Assembly: GCA_963783385.1 (NCBI GenBank)
Contig: CAWANJ010000003.1
Coordinates: 256,001-320,000, forward strand
Source: an uncultured Gemmatimonadales bacterium
Lineage (GTDB): Bacteria; Gemmatimonadota; Gemmatimonadetes; Palauibacterales; Palauibacteraceae
Reading direction: 5' to 3'
DNA length: 64,000 nt
The translations under genes were made by a program, and so were the position numbers. Position 1 is the first letter of the stretch, and the number at the start of each line of letters is the position of its first letter. This document shows, one piece after another, positions 11,554 to 23,868 of this stretch. The notes below the pieces were generated by a model, which saw only the letters and a list, made by a program, of their open reading frames with translations, was not told where the DNA came from and ran no database searches.

Positions 11554-14008
11554 GACGGAGCGCCTCCATGGGGTCGATTCGGGTCGCACGGCGGATCGGC
11601 ACCCAGCAGGCCAGGGTCGCGGTCGCCGCCAGTACGAGCGCCGCGGCCACGAACGGCGCGGGATCCAGCGGCGAGATCTCGTACAGCTGGCCGCGCAGGA
11701 AGCGGCTGAGGGCCGCGGCCATCAGGAGGCCGGCGCCGAGCCCCAGGAGCGTGAAGCGAAGACCCTCGGCCAGCACGAGGCGGACGAGGTCTCCGCGGCG
11801 GGCACCGATCGCCATGCGGAGCCCCATCTCCCGTGTCCGTCCGGCCACGGAATAGGCCAGGATGCCGTAGAGCCCGACCGCCGCCAGCAACAGGGCGAGG
11901 ATCCCGAACGTCCCCAGGAGGACGGTGCTGAAGCGGTCCCGGGCCGTCACCCGGCTCAGTCGCTCGTCCATGGTGCGGACGTCCCACAGCGGGAGGCCGG
12001 GGTCGAGGTCCCGGACTACCGAGCGGGCGCTCGCCGCGAGCGCGTGCGGATCACCGGCCGACCGCGCGACCAGGTAGTTGGAGCGGTAGGAGAACTGGGG
12101 GTACGCCAGGTAGACGCCCGGCCGGGCCGGTTCCCGGAGGCTTCCTCCCACCACGTCACCGGCGACGCCCACCACTTCGGCCCACCCCTCCGAGGCATCC
12201 CACACGCTGAGCCGGATGCGCTGTCCGACGGGGTCGCGCCCGGGCCAGTATCGGTCGGCGGCGGCCCGGGTCACGATGGCCACCCGGGGCGTCCCTTCGC
12301 GGTCGCCCTCCTCGATGGAGCGACCCTCGACGATGGGGATCCCCATCGCGGCGAAGTAGCCGGCCGACACCATGTTCAGCCAGACCTCGTGCCCCTGGCG
12401 GTCGGACGTCGTCTCGCCCCGGATGCCCATGCGCACGTGGTCGCATCCGCCGCCCGCGACCGCGTCCGCGTGGGCCGGGAGGCAGTTGGCGACGGCGGCC
12501 GTCTCCACGCCCGGGCGCGCCTGCAGCCGGTCGACCGCCTCGGTGAACAGGGACGCGGCCTCGGCCCCCGAGTACCCCTGGCGGGGCACGTTCACCCACG
12601 CCGTGAACACGTGGTCGGGCCGGAAGCCCGGCGGCGTCGCGCGGAGCTGACCCAGGCTCCGGAGGAGCAGGCCCGCCCCGATGAGCAGCACCGTCGCCAC
12701 GGCGACCTCGGCGACCACGAGCACGGCGCGCGGTCCGCCCGCCCGGCGTCCGAGACCCGCGGACCCGAGCATGGTGGGGGCGTCGTGCCGGGTCGCCGCG
12801 ATCGCCGGCGCGGCCCCGAAGGCGAGGGCGGCCACGACGGCGACCAGGAAGTTGAAGGCGAGGACCGGTTCGGACAGGCCGAGCCCCTCCAGGGTCCCCG
12901 GGGCGGCGAGCGCCGCAGGTCTCAGACCGCGCACCAGGGACAGCCCGCCCCAGGCCACGAGGAGGGCGGCCCCACCGCCCAGGACGCCCAGCACCGCGGA
13001 CTCCGTCAGGAGCAGGCGGAGCAGGCGCGCGCGGCTGGCACCGAGCGCGACGCGCAGACCCAGTTCGCGGGACCTTCGAACGCCCCGCGCCAGGAAGAGG
13101 TTGGCCAGGTTGCTGCACGCGATCAGGAGCACGCAGCCGACCGCGGCCAGCAGGATGAGGAGCATGCGTCCGAGCGATCGGTCGATGCCGATGACTGCGA
13201 GGGATCTGGCGGCGAGGCCGACCTGCACGGGGCCGAAGGCGTCGGTGAACGGAATCCGCTCCGACACCGCCCGCGCGGCCGATGCGAGCTCCGCGGTCGC
13301 CAGGGGCGCCTCCGCCCGCGGGACCCGCGCGACCACCGAATGCCAGAAGGATAGCCGCTGCTGGAGGCGGTTCCTGAACACCAGCGTCGGCGCCATGGTG
13401 ATGGGCACCCACACGTCGGCCTCGCCGGAGAGGCCCGAGAACCCGGCCGGCATGATGCCGACGATCGTGAGCCGCACGCCGTTCAGGGTCACGGGCCGGC
13501 CCAGCGCGCCCGGGTCGCCGCCGAAGGCCGTGTGCCACAGGCCATCGCCGATGACGGCCACCGCCCCGGCGCCCGGCGCGGCGTCCTCGTCCGGGGCGAA
13601 CGTGCGACCGTGCGCGGCCGGCACCCCCAGCACTCCGAAGTAACTGGCCGACACGAGCTCGACCCGGGCCCGCTCGGGGTGGCCGGCGGCCGACAGGTTG
13701 TAGGTCAGCGCGTCCGGCGTGTAGGCGGCGACCGTGATGTCGCGGGCCGCATCCCGGAACGCCTCGTACTCCGGATAGGACCAGTAGCGCATCGAGTCGA
13801 CGGTCCCGCTCGGCTGCGTCAGCGTCGGCATCACGACCTGGAGCTGGTCGCTGTCCGGATAGGGCGGCCGGGCCAGCAGCACGGCGTACACGGCGGAAAA
13901 CACGGCCGTGTTGGCCCCGATCCCGAGCGCGAGGGTGAGCACGGCGACGACGACGAAGCCGGGCCTACGGGCCATCTGGCGGAGCGCGAAGCGGAGGTCC
14001 TGGATCAT
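11546..14008 (-). CDS. ADOP-like ABC permease (member 13, intact)
   Basis: 820 aa; same architecture, ends [13 protein letters not shown]. Confidence 0.93.
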   Translation of the reverse strand: MIQDLRFALRQMARRPGFVVVAVLTLALGIGANTAVFSAVYAVLLARPPYPDSDQLQVVMPTLTQPSGTVDSMRYWSYPEYEAFRDAARDITVAAYTPDALTYNLSAAGHPERARVELVSASYFGVLGVPAAHGRTFAPDEDAAPGAGAVAVIGDGLWHTAFGGDPGALGRPVTLNGVRLTIVGIMPAGFSGLSGEADVWVPITMAPTLVFRNRLQQRLSFWHSVVARVPRAEAPLATAELASAARAVSERIPFTDAFGPVQVGLAARSLAVIGIDRSLGRMLLILLAAVGCVLLIACSNLANLFLARGVRRSRELGLRVALGASRARLLRLLLTESAVLGVLGGGAALLVAWGGLSLVRGLRPAALAAPGTLEGLGLSEPVLAFNFLVAVVAALAFGAAPAIAATRHDAPTMLGSAGLGRRAGGPRAVLVVAEVAVATVLLIGAGLLLRSLGQLRATPPGFRPDHVFTAWVNVPRQGYSGAEAASLFTEAVDRLQARPGVETAAVANCLPAHADAVAGGGCDHVRMGIRGETTSDRQGHEVWLNMVSAGYFAAMGIPIVEGRSIEEGDREGTPRVAIVTRAAADRYWPGRDPVGQRIRLSVWDASEGWAEVVGVAGDVVGGSLREPARPGVYLAYPQFSYRSNYLVARSAGDPHALAASARSVVRDLDPGLPLWDVRTMDERLSRVTARDRFSTVLLGTFGILALLLAAVGLYGILAYSVAGRTREMGLRMAIGARRGDLVRLVLAEGLRFTLLGLGAGLLMAAALSRFLRGQLYEISPLDPAPFVAAALVLAATATLACWVPIRRATRIDPMEALRHE

Positions 14009-14064
14009 CTCAGTCTCCGGGCGTGGGCTGGGGGTCGGTGCGAGGTCCGCGGCCGGGCCATCAT
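14005..14064 (-). other. Bridging mini-ORF (19 aa, MMARPRTSHRPPAHARRLR)
   Basis: ATGA overlaps at both ends (14064-14061 and 14008-14005). Confidence 0.35.
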
Positions 14065-16483
14065 CCGTCCCTGAGAGCGTGGATCGGGTCGACCCGCGTG
14101 GCCCGCCGCGCGGGGATCCAGCAGGCCAACGCGGCTACGGCGGCGAGCGCCGCCGGCACCAGCAGGAAGGTGACCGGATCCAGGGGGGCCACGCCGTACA
14201 GGAGCCCGGAGAGCACCCGCACGGACAGCAGGGCCCCGACCAGGCCGATCGCGATTCCCGCCAGGACCGGGATCATCCCGAGCCGGAGCACGAAGCGCAG
14301 CGTGGTGGCGCGGTCCGCTCCCAGCACCATGCGGATGCCCAGCTCGCGTAGCCGGCGGGTCACGGCGTAGGACAGCACCCCGTAGATACCGATCAGGGCG
14401 AGGAGCAGCGCCAGACCGGCGAACGTGGCCAGGGTCATGACGTCGAAGCGCGGGCGGAGGATGGACGTCTCGACGATCTCCCGCATGCTCCGCAGCGAGT
14501 AGATCGGGAGCGTCGGGTCCAGGGCGCCCACGGCGGCGCGCACTGCGCCGGCCAGGGCCGTCGGGTCTCCGTCCGTGCGCAGGGCGAGCGCCATGCCGTG
14601 ACGGGGACTCTGCAGGTACGCTGAGGTAGGCGTGCGGGATAGCCCGGGCGATCGAGGCTCTCCGTCCGAACGCTCCCGACCACGCCGACGATCGTGTACC
14701 AGCGGTTCCCGTCGAAGGAGATGCGGTCGCCAATCGGGTCGTGCTCGCCCCAGTACCGCCGCAGCCATGGCGCGGTCGATCACGGCCACGGGCCGGTCTC
14801 CCGGGCCGTCCCGCGCGTCCGGGAGCCGTCCCCGCACCAGCGGGATCCCGAGCGATCGGAAGTAGTCGCCTCCCTCGGAGCACACGACCGCGTCCTGGAC
14901 GACGTCCGGGCCGGGCGCGGGCCTTCCCTGGATCCGGAAGGAGAGGTAGCTGACCCGCTCTGTAGCGGCAGGTCGGTGGTGGCGCCGGCGTCGGTGACGC
15001 CCGGGAGCCTCCCGACCCGAGCCAGCAGGCTGGTCCAGAACTCGCGGACTCGCGGATCGTCCGGGTAGCGGCCGTCCGGCAGCGACACCCGGGCCGTCAG
15101 GACGCCCGCGCGCGCGGAAGCCGGGATCGACGCCCTGGAGATGGGCGAAGCTTCGGATCAGGAGCCCGGCGCCCGACCAGGAGGACGAGGGCGATGGCCA
15201 CCTGTGCGGCCACGAGGCCCCGGTCGAGGACGCCACGTCCGATCGGGTCCCGCCGTGCGGGCCCCGTCGACCAGGCTCCCCGCGCAGGTCGGTCCGGGTG
15301 AGCCGCAGCGCCGGAACGAGGCCGAACAGCGCGGTCGTGACGAGCGCCGCGCCGAGGGCGAACAGGAGCACCGCGCCGTCCAGGCGGACCTCGCTCAGCC
15401 GCGGCAGCGCGCCGGGGTCGAGCCCCACCAGCGCCCGCGTGGCCCAGAAGGTCAGCAGGATGCCGAGTCCGGCGCCCAGCACCGAGAGCACGAGGCTCTC
15501 GGCCAGGAGCTGGCCGATCGAGGCGGCGGCGCGGCGCCCCGAGGGCGGCGCGCAGCGCCAGCTCGCGGCGCGCGGGCGGCGCCGCGGGCCAGGAGGAGGT
15601 TGGCGACATTGGCGCACGCGATGAGCAGGACCAGGCCCACGGCCCCGAGGAGCACGAGCAGGGCCGGGCGCACGTCGCCCACGATGCGCTCCCGGAGCGG
15701 GGTGACGGCCACGCTCCAGCCGGTGTTGGTGGCGGGGTACTGCCGCTCGAGACGGCGGCCAATGGCGGTCATGTCGGCCCGGCCCGCCTCGAGGGTGATG
15801 CCCGGCGCCAGGCGTCCCACCACGCCCAGGAAGTCGCTGCGCCGACCCTGGCCGGGGGAGCCGGGCCGGGGCGCCACCGGGATCCACGCCTGCGCCCAGG
15901 AGGGGAACTGGAAGCCGGGCGCCGTGATCCCGACCACAGTGTAAGGCTCCCCGTCCAGGGTGACCGCGCGCCCGATCACGTCCGGGTCGCCGCCGAAGCG
16001 GTCCTTCCACAGCGAGCGCCCCAGGACCACGACCTTGCCGGCTCCGGCCCGATCCTCCTCCGGCGTGAACCCGCGGCCGGGAGACGGACCCACGCCCAGG
16101 GTGCGGAAGAAGTCGGAGGTGACGCGGGCCGCGATGAGCCGCTCCGGCGGCCGTCCCTCGCTGCCGGCCAGGTTGAGGCTGGCGCCGGCGAAGGCCGTCA
16201 TGCCGGAGAAGGAGCGACTCTGCGCCTTCCAGTCCAGGAAGTCGGGCACCGAGGCGGCCTCGTTCCCGATCCCCTCCTTGTGGCCCTGGAGGAGGACGAG
16301 TCGGCTCGCCTCGGGGTAGGGCAGCGGCCGGAGCAGCACGGCGTCCACCACGCTGAACATGGCCGTGTTGGCGCCGATGCCCAGTCCCAGGGTGAGGAGC
16401 ACGACGGCGGTGAAGCCGGGATGGCTCCGCAGCTGACGGAGGGCGTAGCGCAGGTCCTGCTTCAGTGCGTCCAGCACGGTCAT
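14061..16483 (-). CDS. ADOP-like ABC permease (member 12, several frameshifts)
   Basis: [18 protein letters not shown] in ORF 15452..16816; C-terminus ATRVDPIHALRDG in ORF 14061..16010. Confidence 0.88.
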
Positions 16484-18921
16484 TCCTCTCTGAGGGCGGC
16501 GGCGGGGTCGACGGAAGCGGCGCGGCGAGCGGGGAGCCAGGAGGCCACGGCTCCGACGGTCACCACGATGCCGACGGCGAGGACCGTGGTGCCCGCGTCG
16601 TGCGTGCTTACGCCGAACATCAGGCCGCCGACGAAGCGCGTCGCCGGAATCGAGGCGAGGACACCCGCCCCGGCGCCGACGAGCACCGGAGCCGAGCCCC
16701 GGGCCGCCACGGCGGCCAGCACGCCGCGCGGCGTGGCTCCCAGTGCAATGCGGATCCCGACCTCGCGGGTCCGCCGGGCGACGGCGTATGAGACCGTCGC
16801 CCACACGCCCAGGCACGCGAGGATGAGTCCCGCGGTCGAGAACAGGCTCAGCAGGAAGACTACGAACCGGTGACGGGCCAGCCCCGCGCCCAGCACCTCA
16901 CGCATCGTGCGCACCTCGTAGAGCGGAAGCGTCGGGTCCAACGCCGCCAGGCGGGCCCGAACGGCGGCTGTCAGATCGCCAGGAGGTCCTTCGCTCCGGA
17001 GCACGAGGGTCATGGTTCGTTCCGGTTGCTGCGCGTGCGGCACGTACAGGACGGGAGGGGCTTCCGCGGCCAGTGACTGGCGAACGTCGCCGACGACGCC
17101 GACCACGGTCCGCACGTGTCCTCTCCTTCCTGGCCGAGGCGGGGTAGCCGAATACGCGCGCCCAGCACTCGGCCATCCCGCAGGTACCGCCTGGCGAAAG
17201 CCTCGTTCACGACTGCCACTCGCGGGGCATCGGCATCATCGCTCTCCTGGAGGAGCCGACCTTGCAGGAGCGGCACCCGAAGCGTCCCGAAGAAGCCCGG
17301 CGTGACCGGTCGGTATTGGAGCGACGGCTCTGGAGCGCCCTCGGCGCGCTCGGTGGCCTTCGACGGTGAATGACACCTCCCACGCGCCGCCGTCCAGGGG
17401 GAGAATGGCCGTGGCGCCTGCTGAACGGACGCCTGGCAATGCGCGGAGATCCCCGAGCAGGTGGTCGTAGAAGCCCCGTACCTGCTGCGGGCTCCGTGTA
17501 GGCCGCGGACGGGAGTCCCACTCTCGCTGTCAGGGTCCGACTCGGATCCAGCCCCGGATCGACGTCCCGCAGAATGCTCCAGGCTGCGGACGACCAGGCC
17601 CGGCTGCGATCAGCAGGACCAGGGTCACAGCGACCTGTCCCGCCACGAGGGTGTCGCGGGCTCGCCTTCGACCTCGGGGCTCCCCGGTTCGGGGACCACC
17701 CAGGGCCAGGCTGCTCCCGAGACGACGGGCGCCTCCCAGGATGGCAGGCACGGCCCCCGCCGACACGCCGGTGATCAGCGCCAGCCCGAATCCGAACGCC
17801 AGGACCCGCAGGTCGGGTCGAGTCGCTGCGAGGCGGGGAAGGTCCGCCGGCGCCAGGCGGGCCAGCGCGCTGACGCCCCACCAGCCGAGCGAGGCACCCG
17901 CCGCGCCCCCGAGGAAGGCCAGAGTCAGGTTCTCCAGCATGAGCTGCCGGAGCAGACGGCCCCGGCTAGCGCCCAGCGATGCACGGACCGCCATCTCCCG
18001 GCTACGCGTGGTGGCGCGCACCAGCGACACGTTGGCGAGATTCGCGACGGCCACCAGCAGCAGCAGCGCCACGCCGGCCAGGAGGGCGAGGAGCGCGGGT
18101 CGCACGTCTCCGAGGAGGTCTTGCCGCAGACCCACGGCCGTGAGTGCGAAAGCCGTGTCCGTGTAGAACGTGGCATGTTCGCGGCGAAACGCCGGTACGA
18201 GGGAGCGGAGGTCACGCTGGAGCGCGGCCGGCCGCAGGCCTGGACGCATCCGGCCTACGACCCTCAGATAGCGGTCTCCGCGTTCCCCCGGTGTCAGCAT
18301 CCCCTGTGTGAAGCGTAGCGAGGTCCAGATTTCGGCCTCCGGGGGATAGTCGAAGCCCTCGGGCATGACGCCGACCACCCGGCGCGCCCGGCCGTCGAGG
18401 GTCAGGGTTCGTCCTATGATGGCGGGATCGGCTCCGAATCGGACGCGCCACACCCGATTCGAGAGGACGACGAGGGGTTCCGCCCCCGGGGCGCGGTCTC
18501 GCGGGGACGGGACACGGCCGAGGTCGGGAGTGACGCCGAGCGTCGCGAAGAAGCCCGGTGTCACCCACGCGCCGGTCAGACGCGCGGCTTCGTTCTCTCC
18601 CAGGAGCGTGTAGCTGTCGGGAATGAACCCTCCCATCGAGGCGAACGCGTGGGAGCGCGTCTGCAGGTCGACGAACTCGTCGGCCGAGAGCGACAGGTTT
18701 TCGAGGCCGGAGGTCGGGAACGCCGTGTTGATCCGCACCAGCCGGTCCGCGTGGGGGAAGGGCAGAGGCCGGAGGAGGACGGCATCCACGAGTCCGAAGA
18801 CGGCCGCGGCCACGCCCAGCGTGAGCGCCAGGATACCGGCCCAGAGGGCCGCGTACACGGGGTCTCGAACGAGCCGATAGAGCGCCCCACGCGCGTCGAG
18901 CGCCAGGCCTCGCACGGTCAC
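16480..18921 (-). CDS. ADOP-like ABC permease (member 11, frameshifts, divergent N-terminus)
   Basis: ORFs 17530..18921, 17010..17276 and 16480..17115; ends ASVDPAAALREE. Confidence 0.88.
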
Positions 18922-21377
18922 TCCTCCCTCAGCGCGGCCGCGGGGTCCACGGAGGCGGCCCGGCGGGCGGGGAGCCAGGAGGCCAGCAGGGCCGAGAGGG
19001 TGAGCACGGCCGTCACGGCTCCGAACGCCACCGGGTCCAGCGGCGACACTCCGAACAGGAAGCGGGAGGCCACCCGGCCCAGAAGCGCGGCAAGTCCGAG
19101 CCCGAGGGCCAGGCCGACCGCCGTGACGCCGAGGCCGCGGCGCACGACGAGTCCGAGCACGGAGCCCCGGTCCGCGCCCAGCGCCATGCGGATGCCGATC
19201 TCCCGGGTCCGCCGGCTCACCACGTAGGCGAGGACGCCGTACAGGCCGATGGCGGCCAGGAGCAGCGCCAGGGCGGCGAACAGCGACAGGACGGCGGCGC
19301 CGACCCGCTGCGGGAGGAGCGAGGCCTCCATGAGCTTAGGCATCGGCGTCAGCGTGGTGATCGGGAGATCCGCGTCCACGTCGTGAATCGTCCGGCGCAC
19401 CTCCGGGACGAGGCGGTCCGGGTCACCCCGGGTCCGGACGTGCACCTTCACGTCCCGGGGCGTCTGCAGGAAGGGGAGGTAGACGAACGGCGTCGGGTCC
19501 TCCCCGAGGCTCGTGTACTTGCCGGTCGGCACGACCCCGACGACGGTCAGGTGCTCCAGGTTCGAGCTGTAGGTGAGCTGCTTGCCGAGCGGGTCCTGGT
19601 CGGGCCAGAAGCGCCTGGCGAACGCCTCGTTGACGACGGCCGCGGCCGTCGCCCCTTCCCGGTCGTCCGCCGTGAAGCCGCGCCCGCGCAGCAGCGGGAC
19701 GTGGAGGACGCGGAAGTAGCCCGGACCCACCACGGCGAAGTGGAACTCCATGTCCTCGCCCTTGCGGGGCTCGTAGCCCGCGACCCCGGTCCCCGTGCGG
19801 CTCGACGTGCCATCCAGCGGGACGGCCGAGCCCAGGGTCACGCCGGTGACGCCGGGCAGCCGGCGGAGCCGGTCCTCCAGGCCCCGGTAGAACTGGACCT
19901 CCTGGGCCTTCGAGTAGCCCTGGGTGCCCAGGTCGACGCCGGCGACCAGCACGCCCTTCGGGTCGAGGCCGACGTCCACGTCGCGCGCGGCCGCCAGGCT
20001 GCGCAGGAAGAGCCCGGCGCCCACGAGGAGCACCATCGACACGGCGACCTGGGCGACCACGAGGCCGTTCTGGAGGGTGACCCTGCGGCCCGTCCCGGTC
20101 GGCCGTGACTCCTTGAGCGAGGAGGCGACATCCGCCCGGGAGGCGCGCAGCGCGGGCGCCAGACCGAACAGGAGGGCTGTGACGAGGCTCGCCCCGGCCG
20201 TGAAGGCGAGCACCCTCCAGTCGGGTGAGACGTCGAACTGGAGCGGCACCGGCAGCGGGGGGAGCAGGGCCGGGAACAGGCGCACGGCCCACCCCGCCAG
20301 GAGGAGGCCCGCTCCACCTCCCAGGAGGCCGAGGATGGCGCTCTCGGTGAGGAGCTGCCGGATCAGCCGTCCGCGCCCGGCGCCCAGCGAGCGGCGCACC
20401 GCGAACTCCCGGGTGCGTCCCGCGCCCCGTGCCAGCAGGAGGTTGGCCACGTTGGCGCAGCACAGGAGCAGGACCAGGCCCACGACCCCCATGAGGAGCC
20501 CGGCCAGGCCGACGGCCGTGCCGCGGATCATCATCGGGACGCGCGAGAGCCGCTCGGGGACCACGGTGATGCGACGGCCCTGGTCGTGCGCGTCGGTCCA
20601 GCTGTCCGGGTAGGCCTGGTGCAGGCGGGCGGCCACCACTCGGAAGCCGGCCTGGGCCCGGGCCGGGGTCACGCCGGGGGCCAGGCGGCCGATCACGAAC
20701 AGCCCGCGGTTGCTTCGGTGCCCCACGTAAGGCTGGGACCCCGTCAGCAGGGGCGCGGCCTGGAACGGGAGCCACACGTCCACCCCGAGACCGCGGATCG
20801 AGCCCCGGAAGTCGGGCGGCGCCACGCCCACCACCGTGAAGGTGCCACCGTTCAGGTGGATCGGCTTCCCGACGATTCCCGGGTCGCCGCCGAACCGACG
20901 CTGCCACAGCCCGCGGCCGATCACGGCCACCGGCGTGGGCGCTTCGCCCTCCTCCGCCCGGAAGCCGCGACCGAGCTCCGGCCGCACACCGAGGACGTCG
21001 AAGTAGTCGGCGCTCACCAGCTCGGACATCAGGCGCGTCGTCCGGCCGCCCTCGACCAGGTTGACGGGTTTGGGAGAGAAGGCCGCCGCTCCGGACAGGA
21101 CGTCCTTCTGGTCCCGGAACGCCTCGAAATCGGGGTACGAGGAGGCGCTGTACGGAGGCCCGCTGAAGTCGCTCGTGTAAATCCACACCAGGCGGTCCGG
21201 GTGGCTCACCCGCGGCGGCGGCCGCAGAAAGAGCCCGTCCACCACGCTGAACACGGCGGCGTTGGCTCCGATCCCCAGCGCCAGCGTGAGCACCGCCACA
21301 ACGGCGAAGCCGGGGCTGCGGCGCAGCTGACGGAGGGCGTAGCGCAGGTCCTGCCTCAGAGCGTCCAGCACGGTCAT
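18918..21377 (-). CDS. ADOP-like ABC permease (member 10, intact)
   Basis: ATG 21377 (MTVLDALRQDLRYAL) lies inside ORF 18918..21638 and is ATGA-coupled to member 9. Confidence 0.92.
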   Translation of the reverse strand: MTVLDALRQDLRYALRQLRRSPGFAVVAVLTLALGIGANAAVFSVVDGLFLRPPPRVSHPDRLVWIYTSDFSGPPYSASSYPDFEAFRDQKDVLSGAAAFSPKPVNLVEGGRTTRLMSELVSADYFDVLGVRPELGRGFRAEEGEAPTPVAVIGRGLWQRRFGGDPGIVGKPIHLNGGTFTVVGVAPPDFRGSIRGLGVDVWLPFQAAPLLTGSQPYVGHRSNRGLFVIGRLAPGVTPARAQAGFRVVAARLHQAYPDSWTDAHDQGRRITVVPERLSRVPMMIRGTAVGLAGLLMGVVGLVLLLCCANVANLLLARGAGRTREFAVRRSLGAGRGRLIRQLLTESAILGLLGGGAGLLLAGWAVRLFPALLPPLPVPLQFDVSPDWRVLAFTAGASLVTALLFGLAPALRASRADVASSLKESRPTGTGRRVTLQNGLVVAQVAVSMVLLVGAGLFLRSLAAARDVDVGLDPKGVLVAGVDLGTQGYSKAQEVQFYRGLEDRLRRLPGVTGVTLGSAVPLDGTSSRTGTGVAGYEPRKGEDMEFHFAVVGPGYFRVLHVPLLRGRGFTADDREGATAAAVVNEAFARRFWPDQDPLGKQLTYSSNLEHLTVVGVVPTGKYTSLGEDPTPFVYLPFLQTPRDVKVHVRTRGDPDRLVPEVRRTIHDVDADLPITTLTPMPKLMEASLLPQRVGAAVLSLFAALALLLAAIGLYGVLAYVVSRRTREIGIRMALGADRGSVLGLVVRRGLGVTAVGLALGLGLAALLGRVASRFLFGVSPLDPVAFGAVTAVLTLSALLASWLPARRAASVDPAAALREE

Positions 21378-23848
21378 TCCTCCCGGAGCACGGTCATCGG
21401 ATCGACGCGGGTGGCGCGCAGGGCGGGGAGCCAGGAGGCGAGGACGGTCGCCGCGAGGACGAGCGCGGCCACGCCGGCGTACACGGGCGCGCTCACCGGC
21501 TTCACCTCGAACAGGAGGCTGCCGAGAGAGCGGGCCGCGAGCACCGCCGCGGCCAGTCCCACGGCGAGGCGAGGCCCGCGAGCCTGCGAGGCCGTCGCCG
21601 ATGACCATGGCGCGGACGCGCCGCGCCTCCGGCGCCAAGCGCGAGCCGGATGCCGAGCTCCGGACGCCGCCGTGCCACCGCGTAGGCGAGCACGCTCTCG
21701 ACCCCCACGAGGGCCAGGAGCACGGCCAGGGAAGCGAACAGGCCGAGGAGGACGGTCACGAACCGCTGCTCGGCGAGCAGGCCGGCGAGCGCCGTGGACA
21801 TGGGCTCCATTCCGTACACGGCCAGGTTCGGGTCCAGGTCGTGAACGATCGCGCGGATCGGAGCCTCGAGCGAGGCCGGGTCGACCGATGGTGCGCACCA
21901 GCAGGCCGGCCCGCTCTCGGTGTCTGGTCCAGCGGCGACGTAGACCGCCGGCGGGGTGGACTGCCCAGGCCCTCGAACTTGACGTCACCCACGACCCCAC
22001 GATCCGGCGGTTCACGCCGTAGAATCGGATCTGCTGCGCCGATCGGGTCCCGCGTGGGAAGAAGCGCCGCACGGCGGCGCCTGGTTGACGAGGGCCACGG
22101 GCTCGGCGTCGGCGTCGTCGGGACGAAGGATCCCCCGGCCGTTCAGGAGCGGAATACGCGCCGTGGCCAGATAGTCGGGCTCACCTGGCCGCACGCGGAT
22201 CTCGGGCTGACTGGGCGGCTTCCTCTTCGCGTCCGACGATCACGAAGGAGTTGGTGTAGCCGGCGTCCAGGGGGTCGGAGCCCGAAACGGCGGCCGACGT
22301 CACGCCCGGGAGCGCCTCGACCCGTCGCAGCAGCTCGCGGTTGAATCCCGGGACCTCCGTCCAGTTCGGGTAGTTCGGGTAGTCCTGCGGATACCGGCTC
22401 GCGGGGAGCGCGTAGCGGGCCTTGAGCGTCCCGTGGACGTCGAAGCCGGGGTCCACGTGGCGGAGGTGCTGGAAGCTCTCGACCAGGACCGACGCGCTCA
22501 CCAGCACCACGACCGCCAGGGCCACCTCTCCCGTGACGAGGACGGAGCGCAGCCACCGACGTGTCCCCGAGGCCGAGCTTCCGCGACTGGACTCGGAGCG
22601 CAGCGCGCTCGTCAGGTCCACCCGGCGTGCCTGGAGCGTGGGGAGGAGGGAGAAGGCCACGGCGACGAGGCCGGCGATCAGCGTGGTGACCAGGAGCACG
22701 CGGCCGTCGACCGCCACCTGGTCCAGCCGCGGTATCCCGGCCGGCGCCAGGGCGAGGAGGAGGCGTAGCCCGCCCATCGCCAGCGCCACGCCCAGGGCGG
22801 CGGCCGCCGCGGTCAGCACCAGGCTCTCGGCCAGGAACTGCCCGGCCAGGCGCCGCGCCCCCGCTCCCAGCGCGCTCCGCACGGCCACCTCGCGGGCCCG
22901 CCCCGTGCCGCGGGCCAGGAGCAGGTTGGCGACGTTCGCGCAGGCCACCAGGAGGACGAGCGCCACCACGGCGAGGAGGAGGCGGAGCGCCGGCCGGGCC
23001 GGGCCGAACACCACGTCGTCGAAGCGCTCCAGGTGGACACCGCGGCCCGCGTTCTCCCGGTACTGCGCCTCCAGGCGTGAGGCGATCCCCGACAGCTCGT
23101 GACGGGCACCGTCCAGCGTGGCGCCGGGCGCCAGGCGGCCCAGGAAGAAGACCGGGTGGGTGGAGCGGGGCAGCATCTTGGCGCTCGCCTGGAGCGGGAC
23201 CCACACGTCCACGTGTCCGCGTCCCTCGAACGGGGCGTGGTAGGCGGCCCGGGCGTTGATCTGGTCAATGCCCAGGTCGGTGCCCGAGGGCACCACTCCG
23301 ATCACCGTGTAGGGCCGACCGTCCAGCCGGAAGGTGTGGCCGATCACGTTCGGGTCGCCCCCGAAGCGGGTCTTCCAGAACCGCTCCCCCAGCAGCGCCA
23401 CGCGCGCGCCTCCGGGTACGTCCTCCTCGGCCCCGTACAGGTGGCCCACCACGGGCCGGACGCCCAGGAGCGGCAGGAGCTGGTGGGTGCCCAGCACGAC
23501 CGCCACGCGGTCGGGGTCCCGGTCCGGCGCGGTCATCGTCTGCTGGAGGGCGACGAACCCGGCGAGCTTCCGGAAGCTGCGGCTCCGGGCCTGGTAGTCC
23601 TCGAGGTCCGGCCACGAGCCCGGCTCGCGGGTGGTGCCGCTGTTCCGGTCCGTCTCCCATACGACCACCAGCCGATCGGCCGACGGGAAGGGCGACGGCC
23701 GCAGGAGCACGCCGTCCACCACGCTGAAGATGGCCGTGCTGGCTCCGATTCCCAGTGCCAGCGTGAGGATGGCGACGGAGGCGAAGCCGGGGCTCCTGCG
23801 GAGCCGGCGGAGGGCGTGGAGGAGATCCTGCCGAATGCGTTCGATCAT
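21374..23848 (-). CDS. ADOP-like ABC permease (member 9, frameshifts in the 3' third)
   Basis: MIERIRQDLLHALRRL; an in-frame GTG at 23872 overlaps the upstream stop. Ends ATRVDPMTVLREE. Confidence 0.88.
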
Positions 23849-23868
23849 CGCTTCATCCCCTCCGTTCG

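Noticed and set aside
16480-18921. Member 11 (and 3, 14) looking slightly less GC-biased, suggesting foreign origin
   Set aside because: Impression only; it needs a GC3 or codon-usage calculation that I could not run.
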